Of a stretch of DNA of 64,000 nt, positions 39,642-48,345 are shown piece after piece. Below the pieces are notes generated by a model. The model was not told the origin of the DNA and made no database searches. It was given only the letters and a program-made list of their open reading frames with translations. Position numbers and translations under genes: made by a program. Source of the DNA: Woeseia sp. (GTDB taxonomy: Bacteria > Pseudomonadota > Gammaproteobacteria > Steroidobacterales > Woeseiaceae); assembly GCA_046756445.1 (NCBI GenBank), contig JBHHWI010000001.1, positions 7,348 through 71,347 on the forward strand. Reading direction: 5' to 3'. Positions within the stretch are counted from its first letter, which is position 1; each line of letters starts with the position of its first letter.

Positions 39642-40438
39642 CAGGCGGCCTCCTCGGGCTTCGGCCTGTACGCCATTATCAGCATTGTAATCGCGGCCAC
39701 GATCATTGGCACGCTCAACACCTGTCCCATCGTAATCCAGCCGAAGGCGAGGTAGCCACCATCCTCACTCAAGTGCGCGTCCGGCACGCGGTAAAACTCG
39801 ATGAACACGCGGAAAACACCGTACCAGAGCAGGAACATGGCGGACACTGCCATGTAAGGCCGTCGCTTGGCCGAAAACCACCAGACGATGACGAACAATA
39901 CCAGTCCCTCGAGTAATGCCTCATAGAGTTGCGAAGGGTGCAGCACCTCGTCGCCGACCCTGAATCCCCATGGCGCGTCGGTCGGCTTTCCCCAGAGCTC
40001 GTTGTTGATGAAGTTGCCGATGCGCCCGAAGCCCAGCCCCAGCGGGCATAGCGGTGCCACAAAATCAGTCATCTGCCACATGGTCCTGCCGAGCGAGCGC
40101 CCGTAGAGCCACATCGCCACCAGCACGCCGGCCAGCCCGCCGTGAAACGACATGCCGCCTTCCCAGATCTTGAAGATGTAAAGGAGATCGTCGGCCATCT
40201 CGTCCCAGCCGTACACCAGGCAGTAGCCGGTCCGGCCGCCGATGATCACACCGAGCATCATGTAGAAGACGAGATCGTCGGTCTGAGCGGTATTTACCGG
40301 CGCATGACTCCTGGCGGCTCGCTTTCGCGCCAGGATCCAGCCGATCACGAATCCCAGGACATACATCATTCCGTACCAGCGAACCTTCAGGAATCCGATT
40401 GAGAAGATGACGGGGTCGAATTGGGGGTAGTCGATCAT
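39641..40438 (-). CDS. lgt: phosphatidylglycerol-prolipoprotein diacylglyceryl transferase
   Basis: ATG at 40438 ([26 protein letters not shown]...) gives 265 aa, with GGMSFHGG and [13 protein letters not shown] motifs. The longer ORF's N-terminus is not Lgt-like. Confidence 0.93.
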   Translation of the reverse strand: MIDYPQFDPVIFSIGFLKVRWYGMMYVLGFVIGWILARKRAARSHAPVNTAQTDDLVFYMMLGVIIGGRTGYCLVYGWDEMADDLLYIFKIWEGGMSFHGGLAGVLVAMWLYGRSLGRTMWQMTDFVAPLCPLGLGFGRIGNFINNELWGKPTDAPWGFRVGDEVLHPSQLYEALLEGLVLFVIVWWFSAKRRPYMAVSAMFLLWYGVFRVFIEFYRVPDAHLSEDGGYLAFGWITMGQVLSVPMIVAAITMLIMAYRPKPEEAA

Positions 40439-40496
40439 CGGCGCTAGTCTATCACCGCAACCGGACGACGCGCCGTTTGAGTTATAGTGCAACGAA

Positions 40497-42578
40497 ATGA
40501 GTGCGTCGGCGAAACACGAAAACCGTTTGTGTTCCGAATCCAGCCCGTATCTGCTGCAACATGCCGGCAATCCGGTCGACTGGTATCCGTGGGGCGACGA
40601 TGCGCTCGAACTCGCCAGAGATTCCGGCAAGCCCATCCTGCTGTCGGTCGGATACTCGGCCTGTCACTGGTGCCACGTCATGGCGCACGAATCCTTCGAG
40701 GACGAGGAAACGGCGTCGTTGATGAACGAGCTGTTCGTGAATATCAAGGTCGATCGCGAGGAGCGTCCCGACATCGACAGGATCTACCAGACGGCGCATC
40801 AGTTGCTGACACAGCGGCCCGGCGGCTGGCCGCTGACCGTTTTCATCAACCCGGAAGATCAGCGGCCTTTCTTCGCCGGCACCTACTTTCCGAAGCAGGC
40901 GCGCTACGGCATGCCGGCGTTTTCGGATCTGTTGCAGCGCGTGGCCGCTTACTTTGCCGAGAACCGGGACGAGGTAGTCGATCAGGGCAGGCAGCTAGAG
41001 CTGGGCCTGGGCAGGCTCGAGCCCGAGGCGGTTGCCGGTGACCACGAGCTGACCGCCGAACCGATCACGGCCGCCAGGCAGAGGATTGCAGACGGTTTCG
41101 ATCGGGATTTCGGCGGCATCGGCACCGCCCCCAAGTTTCCGCACCCCGAAAACCTGGATCGCCTGTTGCGGCACTGGCGCGCGGGCGCCGGCGGCCCCGA
41201 GCCGGACGTCGATGCGTTACACATGGTGTCGCTGACGCTCACCCGCATGGCCGAGGGCGGCATCTACGATCAGCTCGGCGGCGGCTTTTGCCGCTATTCG
41301 GTCGACCGTTGCTGGCAGATTCCACATTTCGAGAAGATGCTGTACGACAACGGGCCGTTGCTGGCGCTTTACGCGCAGGCGTTTCTGGCCACCGGCGACG
41401 CGCTGTTCGCGCGCATTGCCGGTGAAACGGCAGACTGGATGATCTCCGACATGCAATCGCCGGAAGGCGGTTTCTATGCGGCACGCGACGCCGACTCGGA
41501 GGGCGAGGAAGGCCGTTACTATGTCTGGACGCCTGAACAAGCCGGGAGCCTCCTCGATCGCGAGACCTATGATCTCCTGGCAACCCGATTCGGGCTGGAC
41601 GCGGATGCGAATTTCGAGGGCAGGTGGCACCTCACGGTGCGCCATCGCATCGACACTATTGCGGAGGCGGCCGGGTTGAGACAAAGCGACGTCGAAGAAA
41701 AGATCGACGACGCGAGAAAGATCCTGCTCGACGCGCGCGGTCAGCGTGTCGCCCCCGGCAGAGACGACAAGCAACTGACATCGTGGAATGCGCTCGCGAT
41801 CCGCGGCCTGGCCATAGCCGGCATGGTGCTCGACCGGCCCGGGTTGATCGACGCGGCCGCAAGGGCCGCGGATTTCATCGAGCGGGAGCTTGTCCGTGAC
41901 GGACGCCTGATGGCCAGCTACAAGGACGGCGAGTCGCGCTTCGCCGCGTATCTGGACGATCACGTTTTCATGCTCGATGCCCTGCTGTACCTCTTGCAGG
42001 CTCGCTGGAGCGGCCGTCACCTCGAGCTGGCGATCCGGCTCGCCGATCTGACGCTGGAGCACTTTCAGGATCGGGACAAAGGGGGCTTCTACTTCACCGC
42101 AGACGACCATGAGACGTTGATGCACCGGCCCAAGCCGCTGCCGGACGAAGCGATGCCCTCGGGCAACGGCATCGCCGCCTATTCATTGCAGCGGCTCGGC
42201 TATCTGCTGGCCCGGCCGCGATACCTGGAAGCCGCCGAGGGCACGCTCAGAAGTGCCTGGCGGGCGATGAGCGAGTATCCGCATGGCCACGTCAGCCTGA
42301 TCACCGCGCTTGAAGAATACCTGTCGCCGCCGGAAATCATCATCATTCGGGGCGATGAGGCACAAGCCAGCCGGTGGCGCGGTACGGCCGCGAACACTTA
42401 CGCACCGCGGCGGCTGATTTTCGCCATCGACAGGGACGCCGAAGATCTGCCGGCCGCGTTGATGGAGAAGCGCGCCATTGAAAACGGGATCACTGCCTAC
42501 CGCTGCGTCGGTAGCCGCTGTTCCCCGCCCATCAAGAGCGTGAACGAACTAGTAGTCGAACTTGCGGGCGCCAAATAG
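40497..42578 (+). CDS. thioredoxin-domain (DUF255/YyaL-like) protein with a C-terminal alpha/alpha-toroid domain
   Basis: 693 aa. N-terminus reads [18 protein letters not shown]...[11 protein letters not shown]. The long helical C-terminal part is typical of this family. Confidence 0.8.
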   Translation: MSASAKHENRLCSESSPYLLQHAGNPVDWYPWGDDALELARDSGKPILLSVGYSACHWCHVMAHESFEDEETASLMNELFVNIKVDREERPDIDRIYQTAHQLLTQRPGGWPLTVFINPEDQRPFFAGTYFPKQARYGMPAFSDLLQRVAAYFAENRDEVVDQGRQLELGLGRLEPEAVAGDHELTAEPITAARQRIADGFDRDFGGIGTAPKFPHPENLDRLLRHWRAGAGGPEPDVDALHMVSLTLTRMAEGGIYDQLGGGFCRYSVDRCWQIPHFEKMLYDNGPLLALYAQAFLATGDALFARIAGETADWMISDMQSPEGGFYAARDADSEGEEGRYYVWTPEQAGSLLDRETYDLLATRFGLDADANFEGRWHLTVRHRIDTIAEAAGLRQSDVEEKIDDARKILLDARGQRVAPGRDDKQLTSWNALAIRGLAIAGMVLDRPGLIDAAARAADFIERELVRDGRLMASYKDGESRFAAYLDDHVFMLDALLYLLQARWSGRHLELAIRLADLTLEHFQDRDKGGFYFTADDHETLMHRPKPLPDEAMPSGNGIAAYSLQRLGYLLARPRYLEAAEGTLRSAWRAMSEYPHGHVSLITALEEYLSPPEIIIIRGDEAQASRWRGTAANTYAPRRLIFAIDRDAEDLPAALMEKRAIENGITAYRCVGSRCSPPIKSVNELVVELAGAK

Positions 42579-43388
42579 CCGCTGCGCGGTTCCCCATGCC
42601 GGACCGACCGCGCCGCTCCCGACCGGGTTGCCATCCAGTTCGACGACGGGCGCGACGTTCCTGCTGGAACTCGTCAGCCAGATCTCGTCCGCATCGCGGG
42701 CTTCCGCCATACTCACAACACGTTCCTCGACGTGCATGGAGCCGTCGTTGCGCAGCATGTCCAGCAACATCAGGCGTGTGATGCCCGGCAGGACCTGGTG
42801 GTCCAGGGGCGGCGTGATGACGATTCCGTCCTTGATGATGAACGCATTGCTGGCACTGCCCTCGGTAATCTCGCCGGCCGCGTTGTAAAGCAGCGTCTCA
42901 TCGTTTCCCTCGGCCTGGCCTTTCTGGAAATGAATGATATTACCCAGGAGCGCGGTGGATTTGATGTTGCACCGGCGCCAGCGTTTGTCCTCGGCGCTGG
43001 AAATCTTCAGGGGAGTCGCCGGCGTCGTGGAAAGCTCCGATGCGAACCCGAAGACGGTCGGCGTGATGCCTTCGGGATACGCGTGATGCCGCTTCGTGTC
43101 GGCGCCGCGACTGACCTGGAGATAGATCGCCAGATCACCGCCACCGTTGCGCTCGATCAACTGGTCGCAGACCTCGCGCCACTGCCGGTGCGACCATCCC
43201 AGGCGGATTTCCACTGCGGCCAGGCCTTCGGCCATGCGGTTCATGTGCAGCTTGAAGCCGATCGGCCTGCCGTCGTGGACGGGAACCACTTCGTATATGC
43301 CGTCGCCGAACAGGAAGCCGCGGTCCATCGGGGAAATCCGTGCATCTTCCAGGGGCAGGTACTCGCCATTCAGGTATGCAACAGTCAT
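42549..43388 (-). CDS. class IV (fold-type IV) aminotransferase, D-amino-acid aminotransferase-like
   Basis: 279 aa ([15 protein letters not shown]...[10 protein letters not shown]...EGSASNAFI...PGITR). Confidence 0.75.
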   Translation of the reverse strand: MTVAYLNGEYLPLEDARISPMDRGFLFGDGIYEVVPVHDGRPIGFKLHMNRMAEGLAAVEIRLGWSHRQWREVCDQLIERNGGGDLAIYLQVSRGADTKRHHAYPEGITPTVFGFASELSTTPATPLKISSAEDKRWRRCNIKSTALLGNIIHFQKGQAEGNDETLLYNAAGEITEGSASNAFIIKDGIVITPPLDHQVLPGITRLMLLDMLRNDGSMHVEERVVSMAEARDADEIWLTSSSRNVAPVVELDGNPVGSGAVGPAWGTAQRLFGARKFDY

Positions 43389-43393
43389 CGTCT

Positions 43394-44125
43394 CTATCTG
43401 ATCGCAACGCGTGCAAGCGCATCATAGTAGGGCATGCACTCGCCGAACAGGGCCTCGAGACGTTCTGGAAAAGGTTCGGTCTTGGGCTCGTAGGGTTGGA
43501 ACCCTGTCGAGCGATGCACGCCGGCGTACCAGTACTCCGCCCAGATCCCGTCTTCGGTCCTGGCGCCGGCCGGCCACGACAGCATCGCCTCGTCGAAGGA
43601 AATGCCGACATGCCCGCACAGTTTCTCGAGAACACCGCGCGGATCCTCCAGTGTCGCTCTGGCATCCAGTACCGGAGGCTCCTGGCCGAGCGACTGCAGA
43701 TACTCGAGGAGGTCCAGATGCATTTTATAGCCGACGTCCGCGAGCGTCGGATCGCTGACCTGCTCGGCATAGGAGGGCAGCATGTCGCGAGGGTGCCGGG
43801 TGAGCAAGACGTTGACGGTCCGGCTCATGAACGACTGATCCAGTTCGACCAGGTGGTGAGTCATCTGCTTGAAAAAGGCGACCGGTGTCGGTTGCGGCCC
43901 GAGGATGATATCGGCGACCACTTTTTCGCCGTCGTTTTCCATTGTGGCGATGATGTCGTCGGCACCCGGATGATATTCCCGGGCCCCGGTGTTGACGAGG
44001 TAATGCGCGTACAGCGGTTCATCATATACGGTGGTGTCCGCGCGTTGGGCGAACGAATACATCAAGGCTGTCGATATGTTCCTCGGGCCGCTCCAGACGC
44101 ATAGACGTACCGGGTCGTCTGACAC
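43394..44125 (-). CDS. sulfotransferase-like P-loop family protein (function unknown)
   Basis: 243 aa. The N-terminal VWSGPRNISTALMYSF resembles the PAPS-binding loop of sulfotransferases. Lies 5 and 9 nt from the flanking aminotransferase genes. Confidence 0.5.
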   Translation of the reverse strand: MSDDPVRLCVWSGPRNISTALMYSFAQRADTTVYDEPLYAHYLVNTGAREYHPGADDIIATMENDGEKVVADIILGPQPTPVAFFKQMTHHLVELDQSFMSRTVNVLLTRHPRDMLPSYAEQVSDPTLADVGYKMHLDLLEYLQSLGQEPPVLDARATLEDPRGVLEKLCGHVGISFDEAMLSWPAGARTEDGIWAEYWYAGVHRSTGFQPYEPKTEPFPERLEALFGECMPYYDALARVAIR

Positions 44126-44134
44126 GCCCGCTGC

Positions 44135-45082
44135 CTACTTTGCCTCTCGTGCGGCGAGCACTGCGGCATTGATCGCATCCCGGTACAGCGACTCGAGCCG
44201 ACGCGTCACCGGACCGGGGCCGCCGTCCCCGATGCTGCGGCCGTCAACGGCCGTCACCGGCGTAAGCCCACCGAATGTACCCGTAACGAATGCCTCATCC
44301 GCGCCGTAGACGTCAAAAAGCGAGAAGTTTTTTTGCAGGCACAGGATATCGTCTTCGCCGCATGCTTTGATGATTTTGCCGCGGGTGATCCCATTCATGC
44401 AGTACTGCCCCGTTGATGTCCATACTTCCCCGTCCCTGACCATGAAGAAATTGGTTGCGTTGCAGGTCGAGACGAAGCCGTGAACATCGAGCATCAGCGC
44501 CTCGTCCGCCCCGGCCTCGATTGCCTGAATCAGCGCCAGGACCTCGTGCAGCTTGCTGTGGCAGTTCAGCCGCGGGTCGAGATAGTCCGGCGACCCGCGC
44601 CGTATGCTGCTGGTGAACAGGGTTATTCCGTTCTCCCTGCTCTCCGGGCTGGCCTGTTTGTGCTCGGCGATGATAACGAGATTGGGACCGCCGACGACGA
44701 AACGCGGGTCCTGCGACGGCGTTTTTTTGGCGCCGCGCGTCAGCATGAAACGCACATGCACATTATCGTGCATGTCGTTGGCGTCGATCGTGCGCCTGAG
44801 TTCCGCGATAAGCTCATCGCGGCTCATGCCGATATCCATGCCGACCGTCGCGGCCGACTGCCAGAGCCGGTCCAGGTGCTCATCGAGAAACACGAGAACA
44901 CCGTCATGCAGGCGCAATGCTTCCCAGATACCGTCGCCTATCAGGTAGCCGCTGTCGAAGACGGATATCTTTGCTTTGTCACGCGGTACCAGGTCGCCGT
45001 TGACGTATATCAGGACCTTGTCGTTGCGTTCGTCAGCGACCGCGTTGTGCGTCCCATGAAACATTAGGCTGCGAACATACAC
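44135..45082 (-). CDS. class IV aminotransferase (branched-chain/ADC-lyase-like)
   Basis: 315 aa (SGYLIGDGIWEALR...HSKLHEVLALIQA...TCNATNFFMV...NGITRG). The start may be an internal ATG. Confidence 0.75.
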   Translation of the reverse strand: MYVRSLMFHGTHNAVADERNDKVLIYVNGDLVPRDKAKISVFDSGYLIGDGIWEALRLHDGVLVFLDEHLDRLWQSAATVGMDIGMSRDELIAELRRTIDANDMHDNVHVRFMLTRGAKKTPSQDPRFVVGGPNLVIIAEHKQASPESRENGITLFTSSIRRGSPDYLDPRLNCHSKLHEVLALIQAIEAGADEALMLDVHGFVSTCNATNFFMVRDGEVWTSTGQYCMNGITRGKIIKACGEDDILCLQKNFSLFDVYGADEAFVTGTFGGLTPVTAVDGRSIGDGGPGPVTRRLESLYRDAINAAVLAAREAK

Positions 45083-45147
45083 GCTTAAGAGCGGAATGCA
45101 ATCGAAACTGATACCCTTATGCGAAACCGGGAGAACAGGATTTCTTC

Positions 45148-46254
45148 ATGCATCGCCCGACTGTTGTTGTCACCTGTCTGTTGCTCGCTGCCTCGGGTTC
45201 GATGGCCGATAGTCGCGGTGCATTTGTCGCCACGCCGGTCGCGAGCTTCGATGAACCCTGGGCGATGAGCTTTCTGCCCGACGGCCGGCTGCTCGTCACC
45301 GAGAAAGCGGGCCGATTGTTCGTCGTTACCTCGGACGGCGACAAGTCCGGGCCCGTATCCGGCGTTCCCGACGTCGCCTACGGCGGCCAGGGTGGCTTTG
45401 GCGACGTGGTCCCGCATCCCGATTACGCATCCAACGGACTGGTCTATATCAGCTACGCGGAAGCGGGTGAGGGCGAGCTGCGCGGCGCCGCCGTGGCGCG
45501 AGCCAGGCTCGTCTTCGATGCCGCGGGTGGCCGGCTGGAAGGCCTCAAAGTTATCTGGCGGCAAGTTCCGAAAGTGACCGGAGGCGGCCATTTTGGGCAC
45601 CGGATCGCATTCTCGCCGGACGGCTGCCTGTTCATTTCCTCGGGCGAGCGGCAGAAATTCGATCCGTCTCAGGACATGCAGCAAAACCTCGGCAAGCTGG
45701 TGCGACTGAATGATGACGGCTCCGTGCCGGATGACAATCCGTTTTTTGACCAGGGTGGCGTCGCCGCACAGGTCTGGTCGCTCGGCCACCGCAATCCACT
45801 GGGGCTTGCATTCGATCAGCAAGGCCGGCTGTGGAATGTCGAGATGGGACCGAAAGGCGGTGACGAACTCAACCTCGTCGTTCGTGGCGAGAATTACGGA
45901 TATCCGATCGTCTCCAACGGCGATCACTACGACGGCACCGACATTCCGGACCACGACACGCGACCGGAGTTTGCGGCGCCCAGGGCCTGGTGGACGCCGG
46001 TGATATCGCCCGGCGGACTGATGATTTATACGGGCGACCTTTTTCCGCGGTGGAAAGGCGACGCGTTCATCGCCGGCCTGTCATCGAAGTCCCTCGTGCG
46101 GGTAGACATCGACGGCGACGCCGCCTCGGAAGCGGAGCGATTCGACATGAAAGAACGGATTCGCGGCGTCAGACAGGGGCCGGACGGTGCGATCTGGCTG
46201 ATCGAGGACGGTGCGGGCGGACGGCTGCTGAAGCTCACGCCGGAAAGCCAGTGA
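45148..46254 (+). CDS. PQQ-dependent soluble sugar (aldose/sorbosone) dehydrogenase-like beta-propeller
   Basis: 368 aa with a signal peptide and YliI-like motifs ([21 protein letters not shown]...[11 protein letters not shown]...GPKGGDELN). Confidence 0.8.
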   Translation: MHRPTVVVTCLLLAASGSMADSRGAFVATPVASFDEPWAMSFLPDGRLLVTEKAGRLFVVTSDGDKSGPVSGVPDVAYGGQGGFGDVVPHPDYASNGLVYISYAEAGEGELRGAAVARARLVFDAAGGRLEGLKVIWRQVPKVTGGGHFGHRIAFSPDGCLFISSGERQKFDPSQDMQQNLGKLVRLNDDGSVPDDNPFFDQGGVAAQVWSLGHRNPLGLAFDQQGRLWNVEMGPKGGDELNLVVRGENYGYPIVSNGDHYDGTDIPDHDTRPEFAAPRAWWTPVISPGGLMIYTGDLFPRWKGDAFIAGLSSKSLVRVDIDGDAASEAERFDMKERIRGVRQGPDGAIWLIEDGAGGRLLKLTPESQ

Positions 46255-46667
46255 GTGCAGCCAGCGGCAAGTGTCTGTGCGGCGCCGTTCGCTTCACGGT
46301 TGACAGCATGAAGCCCCGCCATTACGCCTGCCATTGCGGCATGTGCCGCCGCTGGAGCGGCGGTCCGCTACTCGCTGTATCGGTTTCAGGCGTGAAGTTC
46401 GAGGGTGACGACGATATCACGGTCTACGATTCCTCGGACTGGGCCCAGCGGGGATTCTGCCGCATTTGCGGGACGAATCTCTTCTACCGTCTCAAAGAGA
46501 CCGGCGATTACGGGATCTGTGCCGGCGCCTTCGACGATGCCCCGGACCTGAAACTGACCGGCGAGCTGTTCATCGACAACAAGCCCGATGGCTATGACTT
46601 CGCCGGTGATCATCCCCGGCTGACCGAGGCCGAGACAATCGCGAAATTTTCGTCCTCCGGCGACTGA
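46251..46667 (+). CDS. GFA (glutathione-dependent formaldehyde-activating/CENP-V-like) zinc protein
   Basis: GTG at 46251 (GTGA overlap). Cys clusters [14 protein letters not shown] and CRICGTNL. Confidence 0.75.
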   Translation: MSAASGKCLCGAVRFTVDSMKPRHYACHCGMCRRWSGGPLLAVSVSGVKFEGDDDITVYDSSDWAQRGFCRICGTNLFYRLKETGDYGICAGAFDDAPDLKLTGELFIDNKPDGYDFAGDHPRLTEAETIAKFSSSGD

Positions 46668-47326
46668 TGGCTGTTCCTGAACTCGACCTGGTCGTGTTCG
46701 ACATGGCGGGCACGACGCTGCACGCTTCCGACGAGGTCCTTGATGCATTCAGGGCGGCTTTTGCGCACTTCGATATCGAGTTGTCCGAGGAGGAGATTCG
46801 CGGGATTCGTGGCAAATCCAAACGTGAAACGATTGCCGATCTGCTTATCGGCCACGAAGGATTGGATGCGGAGGAGGTTTACGCAGACTTCGAACAGATC
46901 CTCATGGACAGATTCGAGGCGCAGGATGTCGTGGCAATCGACGGCGCAGAAGAGACCTTCGCCTGGTTGAAATCACGGAACGCGAACATTGCCCTGAATA
47001 CGGGATTCGATCGGGCGATTGCCGACATGCTGATTCGAAGGGTCGGTTGGGACACCATGGTCGACGCTGTCGTAACCAACAGTGACGTTCCGACAGGACG
47101 CCCTGCGCCATTCCTGCTGTTTCGAGCTATGGAATGGACGGCTTGCAAGAGCGTTGACCGGGTCGCCGCAGTGGGCGACACAATCGCTGATTTGCAGGCC
47201 GCCAGCAACGCCGGCGTCAAATGGCGCATCGGCGTGCTGTCGGGGGCCCATAGTGAAGCCCGGCTAAGGTCGTATCCGCACACTGCGATCGTCGAAACCG
47301 TCGCGGATCTGCCCGAGGTCCTTTAG
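46667..47326 (+). CDS. HAD-superfamily hydrolase (phosphonatase-like subfamily)
   Basis: 219 aa with DxD motif I (LVVFDMAGTT) and motif IV (VGDTIADLQAA). Confidence 0.8.
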   Translation: MAVPELDLVVFDMAGTTLHASDEVLDAFRAAFAHFDIELSEEEIRGIRGKSKRETIADLLIGHEGLDAEEVYADFEQILMDRFEAQDVVAIDGAEETFAWLKSRNANIALNTGFDRAIADMLIRRVGWDTMVDAVVTNSDVPTGRPAPFLLFRAMEWTACKSVDRVAAVGDTIADLQAASNAGVKWRIGVLSGAHSEARLRSYPHTAIVETVADLPEVL

Positions 47327-48345
47327 TACGCCACGAGTTCCTGCCCGACTTCCGGCGTAACCGCCGAGCCATTTGCCCCTTCGAACACGATCGGAACCGA
47401 CACCAGACGCAGCCCGCGATTGCGCAAAACGGCAAAATGCAGATGTGGCCCGGTTGAAAAACCGGTGTTGCCGGAATCGGCGATGTATTGCCCGCGCTGT
47501 ACCTGATCTCCTGGTTTGACGCGAATCGTGTTCCAGTTCAGATGCGCATACACACCCATCGTCCCGTCGTCGTGCAGCACCCGAATCAGGTTCGCCGACG
47601 CGCCCTCCTCTGCAGGATCCGGGCCCGCCCGGAAATTGGTACTGGCTACTTCGAAAACGGTGCCACTCCGAGCGGCATAGACGTCCGTCCCGATGGGCAT
47701 GGAAATGTCGACTGCATAGTAACTATCAGGTGTCGAATGGGTTACGCCTACCGGAAATGCCTGCGACACCATGAATTTGTTAGCCGTCGCAAACGGCGCG
47801 CGATACTGCTGACCGGTATCGTGCTCTGCCTGCGGGTCGCCGGGCAGATATAGAAACCGATAGCTTACGTAGGGTGCGTCCACACCATCAAGGGCATCGA
47901 GCTGCAGCAGCTCCGTTTCGCTGCGGGCCGGCAGGACCCAGCTCATCGACTGGTCGGGCGCCGGCAATTCAACGTTTTGGATCTCGTCGAGGGCAAGTAT
48001 GACCTCGATCGGCGCATGAAACTCGTTTGACGCATGGAACCGAATCTGTTTGCCGACCGTGCGATGTCCCACCCACACTTGCGGCTTGCCGGTTCCGGTC
48101 GGCAGATCACGTACTTCGGCTCCCGCCTCGGTGTCGGGAGCCCGGTCCGTGTATACCCACTCGCCATCGGGTCCGCGGTATTTGTATAGCGCCTGCGCCA
48201 TGCCGATCCCGGAGACGGTAATCAGGATTGCTGTGATCAGAAGCCCTGACGGAATGGAATGCAGGGAGACCCTATCCGATGTCGATGCGCTGCCACCCGT
48301 CTTCCGTGCGTCGAATTTCATAGGCCGGCCAATATTGGTTGTCAA
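47323..48345 (-). CDS. M23-family peptidase with an N-terminal DUF4124-like module
   Basis: 340 aa with a signal/TM segment, LYKYRGPDGEWVYTDRAPD, then the M23 core (DISMPIGTDVYAA...GNTGFSTGPHLHFAV). The start (48345 or 48321) overlaps the protease gene's 3' end. Confidence 0.85.
   Translation of the reverse strand: MTTNIGRPMKFDARKTGGSASTSDRVSLHSIPSGLLITAILITVSGIGMAQALYKYRGPDGEWVYTDRAPDTEAGAEVRDLPTGTGKPQVWVGHRTVGKQIRFHASNEFHAPIEVILALDEIQNVELPAPDQSMSWVLPARSETELLQLDALDGVDAPYVSYRFLYLPGDPQAEHDTGQQYRAPFATANKFMVSQAFPVGVTHSTPDSYYAVDISMPIGTDVYAARSGTVFEVASTNFRAGPDPAEEGASANLIRVLHDDGTMGVYAHLNWNTIRVKPGDQVQRGQYIADSGNTGFSTGPHLHFAVLRNRGLRLVSVPIVFEGANGSAVTPEVGQELVAY

Noticed and set aside
39641-40636. A 66-codon N-terminal extension of lgt.
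   Set aside because: The Lgt family N-terminus ([12 protein letters not shown]...) begins at ATG 40438, and the extension overlaps the divergent promoter region of the thioredoxin-domain gene.
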